A stretch of DNA of 64,000 nucleotides from Mobula hypostoma (lineage: Eukaryota): positions 101,806,001 through 101,870,000 of the forward strand of contig NC_086107.1 of assembly GCF_963921235.1 (NCBI RefSeq). Direction: 5' to 3'. Positions 62,500 to 64,000 of the stretch are shown piece after piece. The notes beneath the pieces were generated by a model. It was not told the origin of the DNA. It worked only from the letters and a program-made list of their open reading frames with translations, and made no database searches. The first letter of the stretch is position 1; the number at the start of each line of letters is the position of its first letter. A program made the translations under genes and the position numbers.

Positions 62500-64000
62500 A
62501 AAATAGCATTCCTGGCTGCCTCTAACTCTCAACTAGACTAGACTAAACTAATAACAAAACAAGAACATGTAACTATACTTACTTGCTTCTACCATGCCCC
62601 AAACCCCATGACAGATTACTGTAATAAACATGCCAGAAACTACAATACAGACAGAAAATAGATATATGGCTCCTACGCCCTGTATGGAAGTAACTTGTGA
62701 ACCTGCAGTTATTAGAGTCAAAGACATCCCAGCCCCTTAATTATTACAGTATTATACAACTTAATTATTACAACTGCATACTACTAAAACAAGAGACATG
62801 AAAACTTCAAAAGCAAACATCATTACATTTACATTATACAGATGTCCTTTTTCTTCTCTTTTCTTCCAGTCAAGTCATGTCAGTCATCCAGACCTACCAG
62901 CATTTAGCCCAGTACAGGAGGATCTTTACCGCCTCTCTCTGTCAATTCAGTAAGTCAAGTCAACGTCACGAAGCTTCGAGTTGTAGCACCTTAAAATTCT
63001 GCCTTCTGTAGAAGACAGATCTTGGTTATGGGCCTGTCATAACAGCTTGACTTGGTCTATATGTACACTTGCCACATAAATACTCAATTGTCTGAAAAGA
63101 TTTGAATGACTGGTCCCACGACCCATGAGTTTCAAGGTGTTGTGTCATCAACTGTGTCTCCTGAGAGGAAATTGCATTTTATACCTGATCATTTCTGGAG
63201 TTCCTGTAGCTGTGGTAAAAATTCCTTGATGCACCATTTCCAAAGCAAATTTGACATGTATTGGACCTGCTTCCTTCAACCTTCTAGAGGTTACATCTGC
63301 TGGGTTGCTTGAAGTGTTTACACACCCCCATTGGGATGCTTGTGAGATCTAGAAATTTCTGAAACTCTGTTTGCAATGAAGGTTCGGAACCTGGAAGTTT
63401 CAATGTTGATATACTTCAGCACAGAAGTACTATCAATCCAAAACACTGAGTCATGAAGCTGTGCGTGCAACTCCTTCCTCAATATGGCAGTGGTAAGCTC
63501 CATATGAGTGATGGAAACTGACTTCAACAAAGCTACCCTAGATTTTCCCATGATAAAAGCACTGCACACATGAAAGCATGTGTTGTGCAATAATATGTAT
63601 AGTAGGTCACTGCTCCATAGCCATCTTCGCTTGCATCTGTTAAGTGCTATAACTGCGCAGCAGCAACATCTCCAAAATCCAGGGATTTAAAACATCTAAC
63701 AACCCTGAAGTCTTCCAACTGGCAGAGTTCTCCCAGCCAGCTTGTCCACTCGTGAACCGCTGAGGTTGGTATAGTGTCATCCCAGCCAAGCCCTTTCTTG
63801 CATAGATCTTGTAGGATCTTCTTAGCAGATAACACCACTGGACTCAAGATTCCTAAGGGATCACAGATGGAACTAAATGTGGAGAGGATTCCCCCTTCTG
63901 GTGAGTGGCCTATCTTGGATCGTAATATTGAAAGTGTCAGACTATATGCACCATTGCACATCCAGTGTATTCTCCACCAAAGGAATATCTTGATCCATAT
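62500..64000 (-). mobile_element. BEL/Pao LTR retrotransposon remnant (RNase H region, C-terminus, PPT and 3' LTR), running off the window
   Basis: ILSTFSSICDPLGILSPV...LGWDD, TDASEDGYGAV, GKSRVA...ELTTA, FWIDSTSVL...FIANRVSEI, C-terminal RPITKICLL. PPT-like AAGGGGCTGGGA followed by TGT at 62726. LTR end not resolved. Confidence 0.85.

Noticed and set aside
1..64000. Prokaryotic-type systems (CRISPR arrays, operons, defence islands)
   Set aside because: The content is vertebrate retroelement debris, with no regularly spaced repeats or dense intact genes.

Overview
This is eukaryotic, repeat-dense non-coding DNA, and I recognise no host protein-coding gene. The repeat set (CR1 with an SGNH-esterase ORF1, Rex1, V-SINEs, Deu-domain SINEs, Penelope remnants) points to a cartilaginous fish, probably a ray (inference). 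Most listed ORFs are decayed transposon fragments or their antisense shadows. Many insertions are nested, and target-site duplications (TSDs) resolve their order. The best finding is an RTE-clade LINE at 18161-21541. It is essentially full length and bounded by a 9-bp TSD, and its 5' half (UTR plus endonuclease) is inverted, as in twin priming. Its 5' end folds as an HDV-like self-cleaving ribozyme (19490-19666, minus strand), and the inversion junction falls at the predicted cleavage-site G1. Other points are a Passport-like IR/DR Tc1 element nested in a CR1 ORF1, ORF-less inserts with Rex1-type tails, a TSD-flanked palindromic element carrying a hammerhead core, and a BEL/Pao remnant at the window end. 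Family names come from motif recognition by eye, not database searches. Boundaries without a TSD are approximate.
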